32,000 nucleotides of DNA from Ruminococcus albus 7 = DSM 20455 (lineage in GTDB: Bacteria > Bacillota > Clostridia > Oscillospirales > Ruminococcaceae), in NCBI RefSeq assembly GCF_000179635.2, contig NC_014833.1:3600001-3632000 (forward strand). Direction: 5' to 3'. This document shows positions 1-8,886 of this stretch, piece by piece. The position numbers were made by a program, and so were the translations under genes. Under the pieces are notes generated by a model. The model was not told where the DNA came from and did no database searches. It saw only the letters and a list, made by a program, of their open reading frames with translations. The first letter of the stretch is position 1, and each line of letters starts with the position of its first letter.

Positions 1-213
1 ATCGAATTTGACCCCTCTAAGATACGCTACGGAAACCTTGATGAAGAGGATAACTGCTATCGTATATGCATAGCTGACCTCCTGTCAGGCTCTGCCGAAG
101 ATGCAGCCATAGATACCGGCAATCTCAGCTTTAAAAATAGTATCACCGTTGAATTCAGTATATCAGGTATAGATAAAAATGAACATACCTCATATGATGA
201 TATTTTCGGCTGA
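1..213 (+). CDS. 3' end of an unidentified protein (open at the window edge)
   Basis: Frame 1 is open from base 1 to TGA 211-213 (...SISGIDKNEHTSYDDIFG*). A hairpin plus T-run follows. Absent from the ORF track because it has no start in the window. Confidence 0.4.
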   Translation: MEFDPSKIRYGNLDEEDNCYRICIADLLSGSAEDAAIDTGNLSFKNSITVEFSISGIDKNEHTSYDDIFG

Positions 214-255
214 TGCTGACCTCATTTCCAAAGACTTCTATTTCTATTTGGCAGG

Positions 256-295
256 GGCAGACATTCTCTCAAAGAACAGAGAATGTCTGCCTTTT
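256..295 (+). terminator. Rho-independent terminator of the upstream + strand ORF
   Basis: GGCAGACATTCTCT (256-269) pairs perfectly with AGAGAATGTCTGCC (278-291), followed by TTTT 292-295. Confidence 0.6.
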
Positions 296-357
296 GCTAT
301 GCTATAAAAGTATAGCTGCCCCTGCCAAATAGAGTTAAAAGTTTTCGGAAATGAGTT

Positions 358-391
358 TGAGGGAAACCCTTTTTCAAAAGGGTTTCCCTCA
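358..391. terminator. GC-rich perfect hairpin downstream of folD (possible terminator)
   Basis: TGAGGGAAACCCTTTT (358-373) and AAAAGGGTTTCCCTCA (376-391) form a 16-bp inverted repeat. There is no clean U-run on either strand. Confidence 0.4.
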
Positions 392-435
392 ATAATGATC
401 ACAAACGTTCTGTATGGGTACCCGCAGAGGTGGTA

Positions 436-1287
436 TCACACGCCGTGATGTTCCTTACCTGCTGTGAGAGTATTTTTCATTAGCATAGCGATAGTCATGG
501 GGCCGACGCCGCCGGGTACGGGAGTTATGAAGCCTGCTTTTTCTTTGCAGTCCTCAAAGTCAACGTCACCGCACAGCTTGCCGTTTTCATCGCGGTTCAT
601 ACCAACGTCGATAACTACAGCACCCTCCTTGATATAGTCAGCAGTGACCATCTTAGCTCTGCCTACAGCAGCGACAAGTATATCAGCCCTTGCGCATACC
701 TCTTTAAGGTTCTTGGTCTTTGAATGTGTGATAGTAACAGTGCCGTTCTCATGCAGCAGCAGCATAGCCTGGGGCTTGCCCACGATATTGCTTCTGCCGA
801 TAACTACGCACTCCTTGCCTGCAACTTCTGTGCCTGTAGACTTTATAAGCTCCATAACGCCCGCAGGTGTGCAGGGCAGGAAGCTGTAATCACCTATCAT
901 TATCTTGCCCACATTTACAGGGTGGAAAGCGTCAACGTCCTTGTCGGGGCGGATGTTGTTAATGATTATCTTATCATCAAGGTGCTTTGGCAGAGGGAGC
1001 TGTACAAGTATACCGTCCACCTTGTCATCCTTGTTGAGCTTGTCTACCAGCGCCAGAAGTTCTTCCTCGGTAGTTTCAGCAGGCAGTGCATACTTGTATG
1101 AATTGAATCCTACAGCCTCGCAAGCCTTTTCCTTGTTCTTTACGTACACCTGTGAAGCAGGGTCGTCACCGACTATAACTACTGCCAGACCTATCTCGAT
1201 GCCCTTGGCCTTCAGTGCCTCGACTTCCTGTCTGATGCCTTCTTTTACCTGTGCCGATACTGCCTTGCCGTCGATTATGTTTGCCAT
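436..1287 (-). CDS. folD: Bifunctional methylenetetrahydrofolate dehydrogenase/cyclohydrolase
   Basis: 283 aa. The N-terminus [50 protein letters not shown] and [10 protein letters not shown] are classic FolD motifs. AAGGAGG RBS upstream. Confidence 0.95.
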   Translation of the reverse strand: MANIIDGKAVSAQVKEGIRQEVEALKAKGIEIGLAVVIVGDDPASQVYVKNKEKACEAVGFNSYKYALPAETTEEELLALVDKLNKDDKVDGILVQLPLPKHLDDKIIINNIRPDKDVDAFHPVNVGKIMIGDYSFLPCTPAGVMELIKSTGTEVAGKECVVIGRSNIVGKPQAMLLLHENGTVTITHSKTKNLKEVCARADILVAAVGRAKMVTADYIKEGAVVIDVGMNRDENGKLCGDVDFEDCKEKAGFITPVPGGVGPMTIAMLMKNTLTAGKEHHGV

Positions 1288-1368
1288 ATTAATGACCTCC
1301 TTATTTTTATGGATATCCCCTCTGTATCATCACTATTTTTATTGCAAGTCAACATAGTTGATCAGATA

Positions 1369-2610
1369 TTACTTATCCTTTTCGCTGTCCTTATTCTCGT
1401 CCTCATCGTCATCATCGAGTATGGACTTATAACCCTCATCGGGCACCTCAGTCTTATCCTTTTCAACAGCAGCTTTTAGTGCTTCCTTCTGAGCCTTGAT
1501 CGCTTCCTTGCCGAACTTCTTGTTATATTCCTTTTCCAGCTCTGCAAAGCTCTCGCCCTTGTGCTTAGCCTCAGCTATCTTCTTTTTCAGCTCTTTCTTT
1601 TCCTTCTGCATATCCTCATAGCCTGCATATTCTGCCAGCTGAGCCTTTGAAACCTCAGTTTCATAGAAGAACTTGTAATTGCCCGAACGCTTTGTGATGC
1701 TGCGGAAAACTATCCACAGTACGATAGATGCTACCACGCAGGTACCTGCTACCAGCTGTGATACCCTTATATGTCCAAGATACAGCGAGTCTGTTCTCAG
1801 ACCCTCGATGAAAAATCTGCCCAGACCGTACCAGCCTGTGTACATCAGGAATATCTCACCGTCAAACTTGCGGTGCTTGAAGTACAGATGCAGTATTATG
1901 AATCCCGCAAGACACCACAGGCTCTCATACAAAAAGCAGGGATGTACGGGCGCGAATGCGTCAGTATCCGTCAGAGTGTCATAATGATCCGAAAGGAAAC
2001 GCGCTGTACTCCAGGAAAGCATTCCCCAGGGCTTGTCAGTGTTCACGCCGAAGCATTCCTGATTGAAGAAATTTCCCCACCTGCCTATGCACTGTCCTAT
2101 CAGGAAACAGGGAGCTGTAACGTCCAGCATGGCTGAAAGTCTTATCTTTTTGATCTTTATGATACTTCCGCCTACAAGTATGGCACCGATGAGTCCGCCG
2201 TAAATACCCAGACCGCCGTCACGGATATTGAAGAAATCTTTTAATGTGATACCCTCGGTATTGAATATGACATAATAAAGTCTCAGTCCGATAAGTGCAC
2301 CGATAACACCGCCGATAACACCGTCTGTCGCCCTGTCGGGGTCAATACCGCAGGGACGCATCTTCCTGAAACCGTATATCATGGCAAGGAGTATGCCTAT
2401 GCCTATCAGCAGACCGTACCAGTATACCGTGAAATTCAGACCGGGTATAGTAAACGCTACCCTGTCTATGGATATGCCTTCTCTTAAAATATTATCTGTA
2501 TTTCCAAAATTCGGGAAATACACCTTATCAGGATTTTTGCTCAGTTTTTCTCTGACCGCAGCAGTATCCTCTGCCAGAGTGCAGAGTGCAGTCATAACAT
2601 TCATGTTCAT
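1369..2610 (-). CDS. lgt: Prolipoprotein diacylglyceryl transferase with N- and C-terminal extensions
   Basis: Lgt signature GRWGNFFNQE plus a multi-TM core. It is 413 aa, which I recall as well above typical Lgt length. The tail is ~100 aa, Lys/Glu-rich, ending DDDDEDENKDSEKDK. Confidence 0.9.
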   Translation of the reverse strand: MNMNVMTALCTLAEDTAAVREKLSKNPDKVYFPNFGNTDNILREGISIDRVAFTIPGLNFTVYWYGLLIGIGILLAMIYGFRKMRPCGIDPDRATDGVIGGVIGALIGLRLYYVIFNTEGITLKDFFNIRDGGLGIYGGLIGAILVGGSIIKIKKIRLSAMLDVTAPCFLIGQCIGRWGNFFNQECFGVNTDKPWGMLSWSTARFLSDHYDTLTDTDAFAPVHPCFLYESLWCLAGFIILHLYFKHRKFDGEIFLMYTGWYGLGRFFIEGLRTDSLYLGHIRVSQLVAGTCVVASIVLWIVFRSITKRSGNYKFFYETEVSKAQLAEYAGYEDMQKEKKELKKKIAEAKHKGESFAELEKEYNKKFGKEAIKAQKEALKAAVEKDKTEVPDEGYKSILDDDDEDENKDSEKDK

Positions 2611-2616
2611 TTCAAA

Positions 2617-3900
2617 TTACTCCTTTATCGGCTCAATTATTGATATTGCAGAATTTTCCTCATCGAACAGCTCATCGAGGGCTGCCCTGCAATCCTCAGC
2701 GGTTATATCCGCCAGCAGTTCAGCTTCATCGAATACAGTAGTACCGTTGAAATAGCTTACTGTCATGGCATCCGTAAGACCTTCAACATTACCGAACATT
2801 CTTACTATCGAGCCGTATCTGGATTTTCTTACCATGTTGAAGTCATCTTCATTGAAGCCATCTTTCTTTACTCGCTCTATCTCTGCCAGCAGCCTTCTGT
2901 ATACCTCATCGGGATCTCTCGATTCACCCGATATCATGCACACAAAGAAACTTCCGCTGCATGAGAACGCACTGTATCCGAACTGAGAGTTCAGCAGACC
3001 TTCATCAAAAAGCTGCTGATACAGCGGTGATGAAGAACCTATCAGCATTTTCATCGCCATACGTGCTACGGATATCTTCCTCTCAAAATCCATGCCGTCA
3101 CAGGCTGCCGATTTGAACCCTATATCGAATAAAGGCAGCCCCACAGGAAAGCTTGCAGTCACACGCTTCTTCGCAACACCGCGTCCCTCCTCGGGGAATC
3201 TGCATTCAAGTTCAAGATCCTTTGCAGGCTTCAGTATCCTGTCGCATATCTCAATGACCTTGTCCTCATCTACGTTGCCGGCTATAGAAAGCACCATATT
3301 ATGAAGATTGTAGAAAGTGTTATAGCAGTCATACAGCAGTTCGGGAGTTATCTGCGCTATGGAATCCACCGTTCCGGCGATGTCTATCTTTACAGGATGC
3401 TCCTTGTATATGGCTTTCAGCATATTGTAAAAGCAAGCATTGGAAGGTGAATCCTCATACATCTTTATCTCCTGCGCGATTATGCCCCTTTCCTTCTCAA
3501 CATTCTCCTTGGTGAAATAGGGCTTCTGAACATAATCCAGCAGTATCTCCAGCGACTTCTCCCAGTTTTTCGAGGTGCTGAAGGTATAAGCGGTTTCATC
3601 AAAAAACGTGAATGCATTTGCATTCGCACCTGTCTGCGCATAAAGATCGAATACCGGTATATCCTCGCTCTCAAAAAGCTTGTGTTCAAGATAATGGGCT
3701 ATACCCTCGGGAACTTCTATATAATCCCCTGTTTCCGCTGTTTTAAAACAGGTATTTATCGAACCGTACCTTGTAGCGAATGCAGCCTCGGTAGTGGAAT
3801 AATTATCCATTTTCCAAACCAGTATATCAAGTCCCGAAGGATGATGTATCAGTGAATACTGCTCCCCGAATCTTTCGCTCTTAATGATCTCCTTATTCAT
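2617..3900 (-). CDS. M16-family (pitrilysin/insulinase-like) zinc peptidase, catalytic subunit
   Basis: Inverted zincin motif HYLEH (AHYLEHKLFE) near the N-terminus. ~427 aa, a typical M16B length. Confidence 0.85.
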   Translation of the reverse strand: MNKEIIKSERFGEQYSLIHHPSGLDILVWKMDNYSTTEAAFATRYGSINTCFKTAETGDYIEVPEGIAHYLEHKLFESEDIPVFDLYAQTGANANAFTFFDETAYTFSTSKNWEKSLEILLDYVQKPYFTKENVEKERGIIAQEIKMYEDSPSNACFYNMLKAIYKEHPVKIDIAGTVDSIAQITPELLYDCYNTFYNLHNMVLSIAGNVDEDKVIEICDRILKPAKDLELECRFPEEGRGVAKKRVTASFPVGLPLFDIGFKSAACDGMDFERKISVARMAMKMLIGSSSPLYQQLFDEGLLNSQFGYSAFSCSGSFFVCMISGESRDPDEVYRRLLAEIERVKKDGFNEDDFNMVRKSRYGSIVRMFGNVEGLTDAMTVSYFNGTTVFDEAELLADITAEDCRAALDELFDEENSAISIIEPIKE

Positions 3901-5173
3901 CGGCAGTATCCTCCTTTGCTTTCAGCACGAACACTGAATCCTCCTTGAAACTCTTTGCACACTCCGTCACCTGTTCCGCAGTTATGCGGTCGATGATATC
4001 GCATACCTCCTCGGGGGTATAGGCAGTGCCGCGCGATTCCTGAGCCCTGTACCATGCAGCCATATCCCACTCGGAATCATAGTTCGCCATGAAATTGCTC
4101 TTTACGAATCTCTTGGTGTTTTCCAGTTCATCCGCAGTAAAATCGCCTGTCTGCACAGCCACTATCTGCTCACGGATAGCCTCCTGCGCCTTTTTGATAT
4201 TTACAGCATCCACACCGCTCTCTATCAGCATAACACCCTTGAGCTCGCTGTAGTAGCTGTCACAGCTGTAGCAAAGCGAAAGCTTTTCACGTACATTGGC
4301 AAAAAGCTTTGAGAATGCCGAACCGCCCAGCAGCCATGAAGTCAGCTTGCACACATAAATATCCTCATAGTCGGATTTGTATGCCATGAACATCTTGCAC
4401 TGCTTGACATCCATGTATTCCTCTTTTTCGCAAACTTCCTTTTTAAGAGGTGAAAACGCTCTGAATTCAGCTTTGATGACATTCTTTCGCTCCAGCTTTG
4501 AGAATGCTTCTCTGAGCATATCAACAGCACTGTCTATCTCACCGCCGCCGCATATCATAAGATCTATCTCAGCACTCTCCAGAAGATATCTGTACTGCGA
4601 CATCAGCTCCTCCTGCGTAAGGCTCTCAGCCCTCTCCATAGTACCAAGATCGGTATTGGCAGCAGGTTCGCCTGCGTATATTATTTCCTTCGCCTTGCTG
4701 AAAGCATAAGACCTCTTATCATTCACCGATGCGGCTATATTGTCAATAAGCTCCTGTTTTCTCAGCCTGAAATAATTCTCATTGAACTTACCGTCCTTGA
4801 TATCAGGACTCAGCACACAGAGCAGCAGCTGCCTTACAGCCTCCTCCGATATTTTTTCACCGTCAATGGTGTACTTATCCATGATCATATTCATGGATAT
4901 GCCCATTGACTGATGATCGCTGATATTCCCCGAAAGAGCACCTATGGAAGTACCATAAAGCCCCATGAACTTTGAGGAAAGTTCGCTCCTTGAAGGAACC
5001 TCAGAATTTGAAGTCACCAAAAGCGACATCAGCAGCGAATTTGCACCAGTATAATCAGGATCAATCGGAACAACGAATCTCACCCTGACTATATTCGTCT
5101 TGTACTTCGGATCAATTATCTGTGTAAGGGTGATGCCCTCACCGATGACCGATCTATCGTATTTTATCGCCAT
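3893..5173 (-). CDS. M16-like peptidase partner, probably non-catalytic
   Basis: 426 aa. Overlaps the downstream M16 gene by 8 nt (translational coupling). Similar length and architecture, but I see no HxxEH motif. Confidence 0.7.
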   Translation of the reverse strand: MAIKYDRSVIGEGITLTQIIDPKYKTNIVRVRFVVPIDPDYTGANSLLMSLLVTSNSEVPSRSELSSKFMGLYGTSIGALSGNISDHQSMGISMNMIMDKYTIDGEKISEEAVRQLLLCVLSPDIKDGKFNENYFRLRKQELIDNIAASVNDKRSYAFSKAKEIIYAGEPAANTDLGTMERAESLTQEELMSQYRYLLESAEIDLMICGGGEIDSAVDMLREAFSKLERKNVIKAEFRAFSPLKKEVCEKEEYMDVKQCKMFMAYKSDYEDIYVCKLTSWLLGGSAFSKLFANVREKLSLCYSCDSYYSELKGVMLIESGVDAVNIKKAQEAIREQIVAVQTGDFTADELENTKRFVKSNFMANYDSEWDMAAWYRAQESRGTAYTPEEVCDIIDRITAEQVTECAKSFKEDSVFVLKAKEDTADE

Positions 5174-5293
5174 TTACATTCTCCATTCTATGAACTGCCC
5201 TTAAACAGGCATAAAATATACCAAATTATATTATACCACAAACTATCAGGATTTTCCACCCATTTCACAATATTTTCATTTTGACAGTATCGC

Positions 5294-5323
5294 AAAAAAA
5301 GACAGCCGACAAATACAGCTGTC
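5294..5323 (-). terminator. Rho-independent terminator after the 111-aa ORF
   Basis: On the minus strand, GACAGC-N11-GCTGTC is followed by T7 (plus-strand A7 at 5294-5300). Confidence 0.6.
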
Positions 5324-5353
5324 CTTATTACTTATTTAGCTAATACAAGTCCG

Positions 5354-5689
5354 TTACACAGGAAAATCAATACCATCCGCCGAAACAGCATCACAGGTCT
5401 CATCTACCCATACTATCAGTCTCTTAACAAACTTGGGTGTTATTGTCTGCGGCACATCAAATGGCAGCAAAAACCTGTTCCAGCCTATACTTCCGGCATT
5501 TCGGAATCTCCTCCCCTTGCTTATCACGTAGGGTGTTTCAGTACCCAGCGGACAGCTCAATATCAAATGCTTATCGGGCGATATAACATTCAATATATAG
5601 TAGTCACTATCATCATCGAGTACAACATACCATAAATACGTAGTATCTCCGACGCATATACTTCGTCTTTTTTCAGAATTTATACCCAT
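5354..5689 (-). CDS. Hypothetical protein (111 aa)
   Basis: ORF lying 4 nt downstream of the GGDEF gene on the same strand. No motif recognised. Confidence 0.5.
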   Translation of the reverse strand: MGINSEKRRSICVGDTTYLWYVVLDDDSDYYILNVISPDKHLILSCPLGTETPYVISKGRRFRNAGSIGWNRFLLPFDVPQTITPKFVKRLIVWVDETCDAVSADGIDFPV

Positions 5690-5693
5690 AGAT

Positions 5694-6704
5694 TTACCCT
5701 ATGACTTTGTTTTTACCGCTTTTTTTGCCATAATAAAGCTTGTTATCAACTACCTGTATCCATTCATCCAAAGTTCTGCCTTTTCTTGCAGGAGCCACAC
5801 CGACAGTTATTGTAATGGGTATTGACTTTCCTTCAAATTCAACAGGAGATGAAGCAATATCAGAACGTAATTTTTCGATAATTTTCATAACTTCATCATC
5901 ATTGTTGAACAGTATAAGGAACTCCTCACCGCCCCACCTTGCTATATCACAACCTGCACAGGTATCCTTCAATTTCTTAGATATAACTTTAAGCACTTCG
6001 TCACCGGCATTGTGACCGTAAACATCATTTATTGTCTTAAAATCGTCGATATCCGCCATCGCCAGCACAGCAGTTTCTTTCATACTGTTGACTTCTGTAA
6101 GTCGGTCGATCATATAATGTCTGTTGTAAAGATCTGTCAGTCTGTCCTTGTGTGCCATTTGAGTCAGCTTGATCTCCGAATTGATTATAGAACGTATCTG
6201 CTTATTTATGTAGATAATCAAAAAAGAAAATACTATCAATGAATTTGTGAACAAAAATAAAAGTGAGTATTTGTTATCCCTTTCATAAATAGGACCATTT
6301 ATCCGAACATACCCCATTATAATGAAATAAAATGCAGCCACACAAATACTGATATTCATAGGTCTGACAGTTTTTCCGCCCAATTTGAAAGCCAGATACT
6401 CTGAGGAATAAATAACAGGTATCATCGAAAAACAGTACAGATGAAATCCGTAACTATCACCGAGGCAGACGGTGGTTACCCCCATATACAAGGTTATCCA
6501 CGCATAAACTATCCATAAATAGGTATCAAGTTTATTTTTGTAGATGAGAATAAAATTAAAAATATATAAAAACAGCGTCGGTATACTGAAATAAACAAGA
6601 AAATCAGCATCAAGCTTTTTAAAAAATATCATAAGAAAGAAAACTATGAAAATTAAAGCTATATTCACACCGAAAGTCAGCTTTTTAATACCTTTATAAT
6701 TCAA
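5694..6704 (-). CDS. Membrane-bound diguanylate cyclase (GGDEF domain)
   Basis: The N-terminal ~170 aa are hydrophobic multi-TM. The C-terminus carries RLTDLYNRHY, DIDDFKTINDVYGH and the active-site motif GGEEF (RWGGEEFLILF). Confidence 0.85.
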   Translation of the reverse strand: MNYKGIKKLTFGVNIALIFIVFFLMIFFKKLDADFLVYFSIPTLFLYIFNFILIYKNKLDTYLWIVYAWITLYMGVTTVCLGDSYGFHLYCFSMIPVIYSSEYLAFKLGGKTVRPMNISICVAAFYFIIMGYVRINGPIYERDNKYSLLFLFTNSLIVFSFLIIYINKQIRSIINSEIKLTQMAHKDRLTDLYNRHYMIDRLTEVNSMKETAVLAMADIDDFKTINDVYGHNAGDEVLKVISKKLKDTCAGCDIARWGGEEFLILFNNDDEVMKIIEKLRSDIASSPVEFEGKSIPITITVGVAPARKGRTLDEWIQVVDNKLYYGKKSGKNKVIG

Positions 6705-6986
6705 AGATGTCTCCCCCTTTCAACATTCATATAATTCCATATTAATCATAACACATTATGAATAATTTTGCAACAAAAAAAACAATTTAACCCTAAACAA
6801 AAGCGTAAATCGTTTTTTGTTGGAAATACCCAAAATTCGCCCAATATATTCAAAAGGCATGATACAAGAAAATATCATGTCCCTTTATATTTTAAATATT
6901 TAATTCAAATATAACGTAGCTTTCTTTTCTTGATTTATTCAAGTAAGCAAAAGTTGTCTATTATGCATATTTCAAACAAATACTAT

Positions 6987-7014
6987 TGATTTTTCTGATA
7001 TAATATGCTATAAT
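6987..7014 (+). promoter_or_regulatory. SigA-type promoter with extended -10
   Basis: TTGATT (6987-6992), 16-nt spacer, TGcTATAAT (7006-7014), upstream of the 7053/7062 ORF. Confidence 0.5.
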
Positions 7015-7052
7015 ATATATAATTAAAGACAAATAACAATTGTTTTTAGGAG

Positions 7053-7292
7053 ATGAAGTATATGATGACTTTTTGGGTACTATTTGTTAATGATTTTTCT
7101 AAGAATGAGCGCTATACAAAAGTATACACAGCTATGATGGAAGCATATAATGAAATGGAGAGAATTAACCCCAGCGGCAGCAACCCTAACATGTTAACTA
7201 CGGTATCAAGACATAGTTTTAGAAAGAGGACAAAAGACTTTGAAAAGATGAATAATGAGTATTTCAAACAGCATGGCAAATATGCTTTTTAA
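7053..7292 (+). CDS. Hypothetical small protein (start more likely ATG 7062)
   Basis: AGGAG at 7048-7052 abuts ATG 7053, so the in-frame ATG at 7062 has better spacing. Promoter upstream and terminator downstream. Confidence 0.45.
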   Translation: MKYMMTFWVLFVNDFSKNERYTKVYTAMMEAYNEMERINPSGSNPNMLTTVSRHSFRKRTKDFEKMNNEYFKQHGKYAF

Positions 7293-7348
7293 AACACGAT
7301 ATTAATGATTTAATTACTGACGTCATAAGTTAATAAAGTAAAATAAGT

Positions 7349-7384
7349 AATCCCTTTACCTAATTGGCAAAGGGATTATTTGTT
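7349..7384 (+). terminator. Rho-independent terminator
   Basis: AATCCCTTT (7349-7357) pairs with AAAGGGATT (7369-7377), followed by ATTATTTGTT. Confidence 0.55.
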
Positions 7385-7386
7385 AT

Positions 7387-7494
7387 CTATTCGTCTTCTT
7401 CATACCCACTACATTCATGCTTATGTTCACAAAATTCGCATTCACATAAATCACTATAATTTCCTGTTTGCCAACAGATTTCATTATAGTTCAT
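7387..7494 (-). CDS. Possible 35-aa Cys-rich peptide (MNYNEICWQTGNYSDLCECEFCEHKHECSGYEEDE)
   Basis: My own translation of the minus strand. AGGTGA RBS about 5 nt upstream of the ATG. Below the ORF-track size cutoff. Confidence 0.3.
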   Translation of the reverse strand: MNYNEICWQTGNYSDLCECEFCEHKHECSGYEEDE

Positions 7495-7699
7495 AATATT
7501 CACCTTCTTCTATCTTCCATTTTAGGAAGAATAATACTTAAAGAAAAATTTTTTTCATCATGTGTTGTTTACTATATTTATCTAAAGCGTCTGATAATTT
7601 TTGTATTATAAACTAAATGTTATCAAGTGTATGGTTGTTTAATTTTATTGTTATTTTTGAATTGTGAATATTATTTTCTCTACTCATTATGTTATATTA

Positions 7700-7734
7700 A
7701 AATTCCTCGTGAGAAAAGTTATTTTCTCACGAGG
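7700..7734 (-). terminator. Terminator immediately 3' of the tRNA-Trp fragment
   Basis: Perfect 13-bp stem CCTCGTGAGAAAA (7705-7717) / TTTTCTCACGAGG (7722-7734) with a 4-nt loop. On the minus strand it is followed by AATTTTAAT. Confidence 0.65.
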
Positions 7735-7738
7735 ATAG

Positions 7739-7783
7739 CAGGGGCACCAAGGATCGAACTCGGGACACGCGGTTTTGGAGACT
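7739..7783 (-). pseudogene. Truncated tRNA-Trp(CCA): 3' half only; putative att site of the integrated element
   Basis: The minus strand reads GTCTCCAAAACCGCGTGTCCCGAGTTCGATCCTTGGTGCCCCTGC. This gives the anticodon loop CTCCAAA, a T-arm CCGAG-TTCGATC-CTTGG and the 3' acceptor strand TGCCCCT plus G. The sequence 5' of it (TTATTTAA...) cannot form the D-arm or the 5' acceptor strand. Confidence 0.75.
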
Positions 7784-7929
7784 TAAATAACTTGTAATGA
7801 GTTATAAACACCTGATTTATTAGTACCTAACAACTTCTCCATGAAATCAATACATTATACCATACTAAATTTAATTAGTCAACATCACATTTAGTGTGGC
7901 TAAAGACACATTTATAACAACGATAAAAG

Positions 7930-7962
7930 ATAGCGTTTGACAGAAGTCAGGCGCTATTTTTT
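7930..7962 (+). terminator. Hairpin plus T6 at the element edge
   Basis: ATAGCGTTTGAC (7930-7941) pairs with GTCAGGCGCTAT (7946-7957) as 12 bp including two G-U pairs, loop AGAA, then TTTTTT. Confidence 0.45.
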
Positions 7963-8050
7963 ATGGCAGCGGCAGGGTCGCTCCCTGCGGGCAGTGCTTA
8001 GTGTTTTTCTCACTGCCCTTCCCGCTGTCAATAGATTGAAAAACACTAAG
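7963..8050. promoter_or_regulatory. Structured GC-rich region upstream of parA (candidate operator/centromere)
   Basis: Three pairings: CAGGG-TCGCT-CCCTG (7973-7987); GGGCAGTG (7989-7996) with CACTGCCC (8011-8018); and a perfect 12-bp inverted repeat CTTAGTGTTTTT (7997-8008) with AAAAACACTAAG (8039-8050). Confidence 0.35.
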
Positions 8051-8085
8051 ATTAAAATCCGCAACAGCGGTGAAAGGAAAAAACC

Positions 8086-8883
8086 ATGAAAAACACAAAA
8101 ATAATTGCAGTAGCAAATCAGAAAGGCGGCGTGGGCAAAACCACTACTACAATCAATGTAGGTGCAGCACTTGCTCTTACGGGCAAAAAGGTCCTGCTAA
8201 TTGACTTGGACACTCAGGAATCCCTTTCAAATTTCCTCGGGATCTACAATGCAGAGAACAATATAGGTAAAGCGCTCTACAAAACAGTTAACCGCGAAAC
8301 TATTGACCTTGCAGATTACATTGTCACAAACGAGGTCAACAGAGTTGACATAATCCCGGCAGAACTGAACACAATGCAGCGTATCGCCATAGACCTTGTA
8401 TCAGTCAGAAGCAAAGAAACAGTTTTTCGCAGATTGATAAATCAGAACAGTGAACTTCTTAGCAGATACGACTACATCCTGCTTGACTGCCCACCGTCCC
8501 TTAATGTTATATTGGATAACGCACTTACGGCAAGCCGTTATGTGCTTATCCCCTGTCAGGCTCACCCTCTGAGCTATCCCCCGCTGCCTAATCTCCTATT
8601 ACAGATAAATGAGATTCAAGCAGAACTGAATGAAAACATAGAAATCATCGGAATTGTGCCAACAATGGTTGACAGGAGCAACAACAGCAAAACAACGGTC
8701 GAAATGCTCCGCGGTAATTACTCTGACATTGTTTTTGAAAGCGAGATAGAACGTATGGCTGTTGCCGCCAACTCTGCACTCACTGAAAAGGCAGTTGTTC
8801 TGTCAAACGCTAAGGACAACCGCGTATCACGTGAATACAAGGCTCTCACTGATGAGCTTGTAAGTCGTATCGAGGGGGTGTAA
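8086..8883 (+). CDS. parA: ParA/Soj-family partition ATPase
   Basis: Deviant Walker A KIIAVANQKGGVGKTTT, followed by LIDLDTQ and ILLDCPPSL. Confidence 0.9.
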   Translation: MKNTKIIAVANQKGGVGKTTTTINVGAALALTGKKVLLIDLDTQESLSNFLGIYNAENNIGKALYKTVNRETIDLADYIVTNEVNRVDIIPAELNTMQRIAIDLVSVRSKETVFRRLINQNSELLSRYDYILLDCPPSLNVILDNALTASRYVLIPCQAHPLSYPPLPNLLLQINEIQAELNENIEIIGIVPTMVDRSNNSKTTVEMLRGNYSDIVFESEIERMAVAANSALTEKAVVLSNAKDNRVSREYKALTDELVSRIEGV

Positions 8884-8886
8884 GGC

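Noticed and set aside
644-5173. Plus-strand and nested ORFs inside folD, lgt and the M16 genes (e.g. 905-1357, 1771-2136, 2381-2755, 4377-4709)
   Set aside because: They are shadow frames of well-supported minus-strand genes.
7739-7830. A complete tRNA gene
   Set aside because: Only the anticodon loop, T-arm and 3' acceptor strand are present. The upstream sequence (minus strand ...CATTACAAGTTATTTAA) cannot form the D-arm, the 5' acceptor strand or the 5' anticodon stem.
7893-7915. Possible sixth, degenerate copy of the palindrome (GTGTGGCTAAAGACACAT)
   Set aside because: Only the right half-site AGACACA matches, and the left half is not its complement. Too weak to count.
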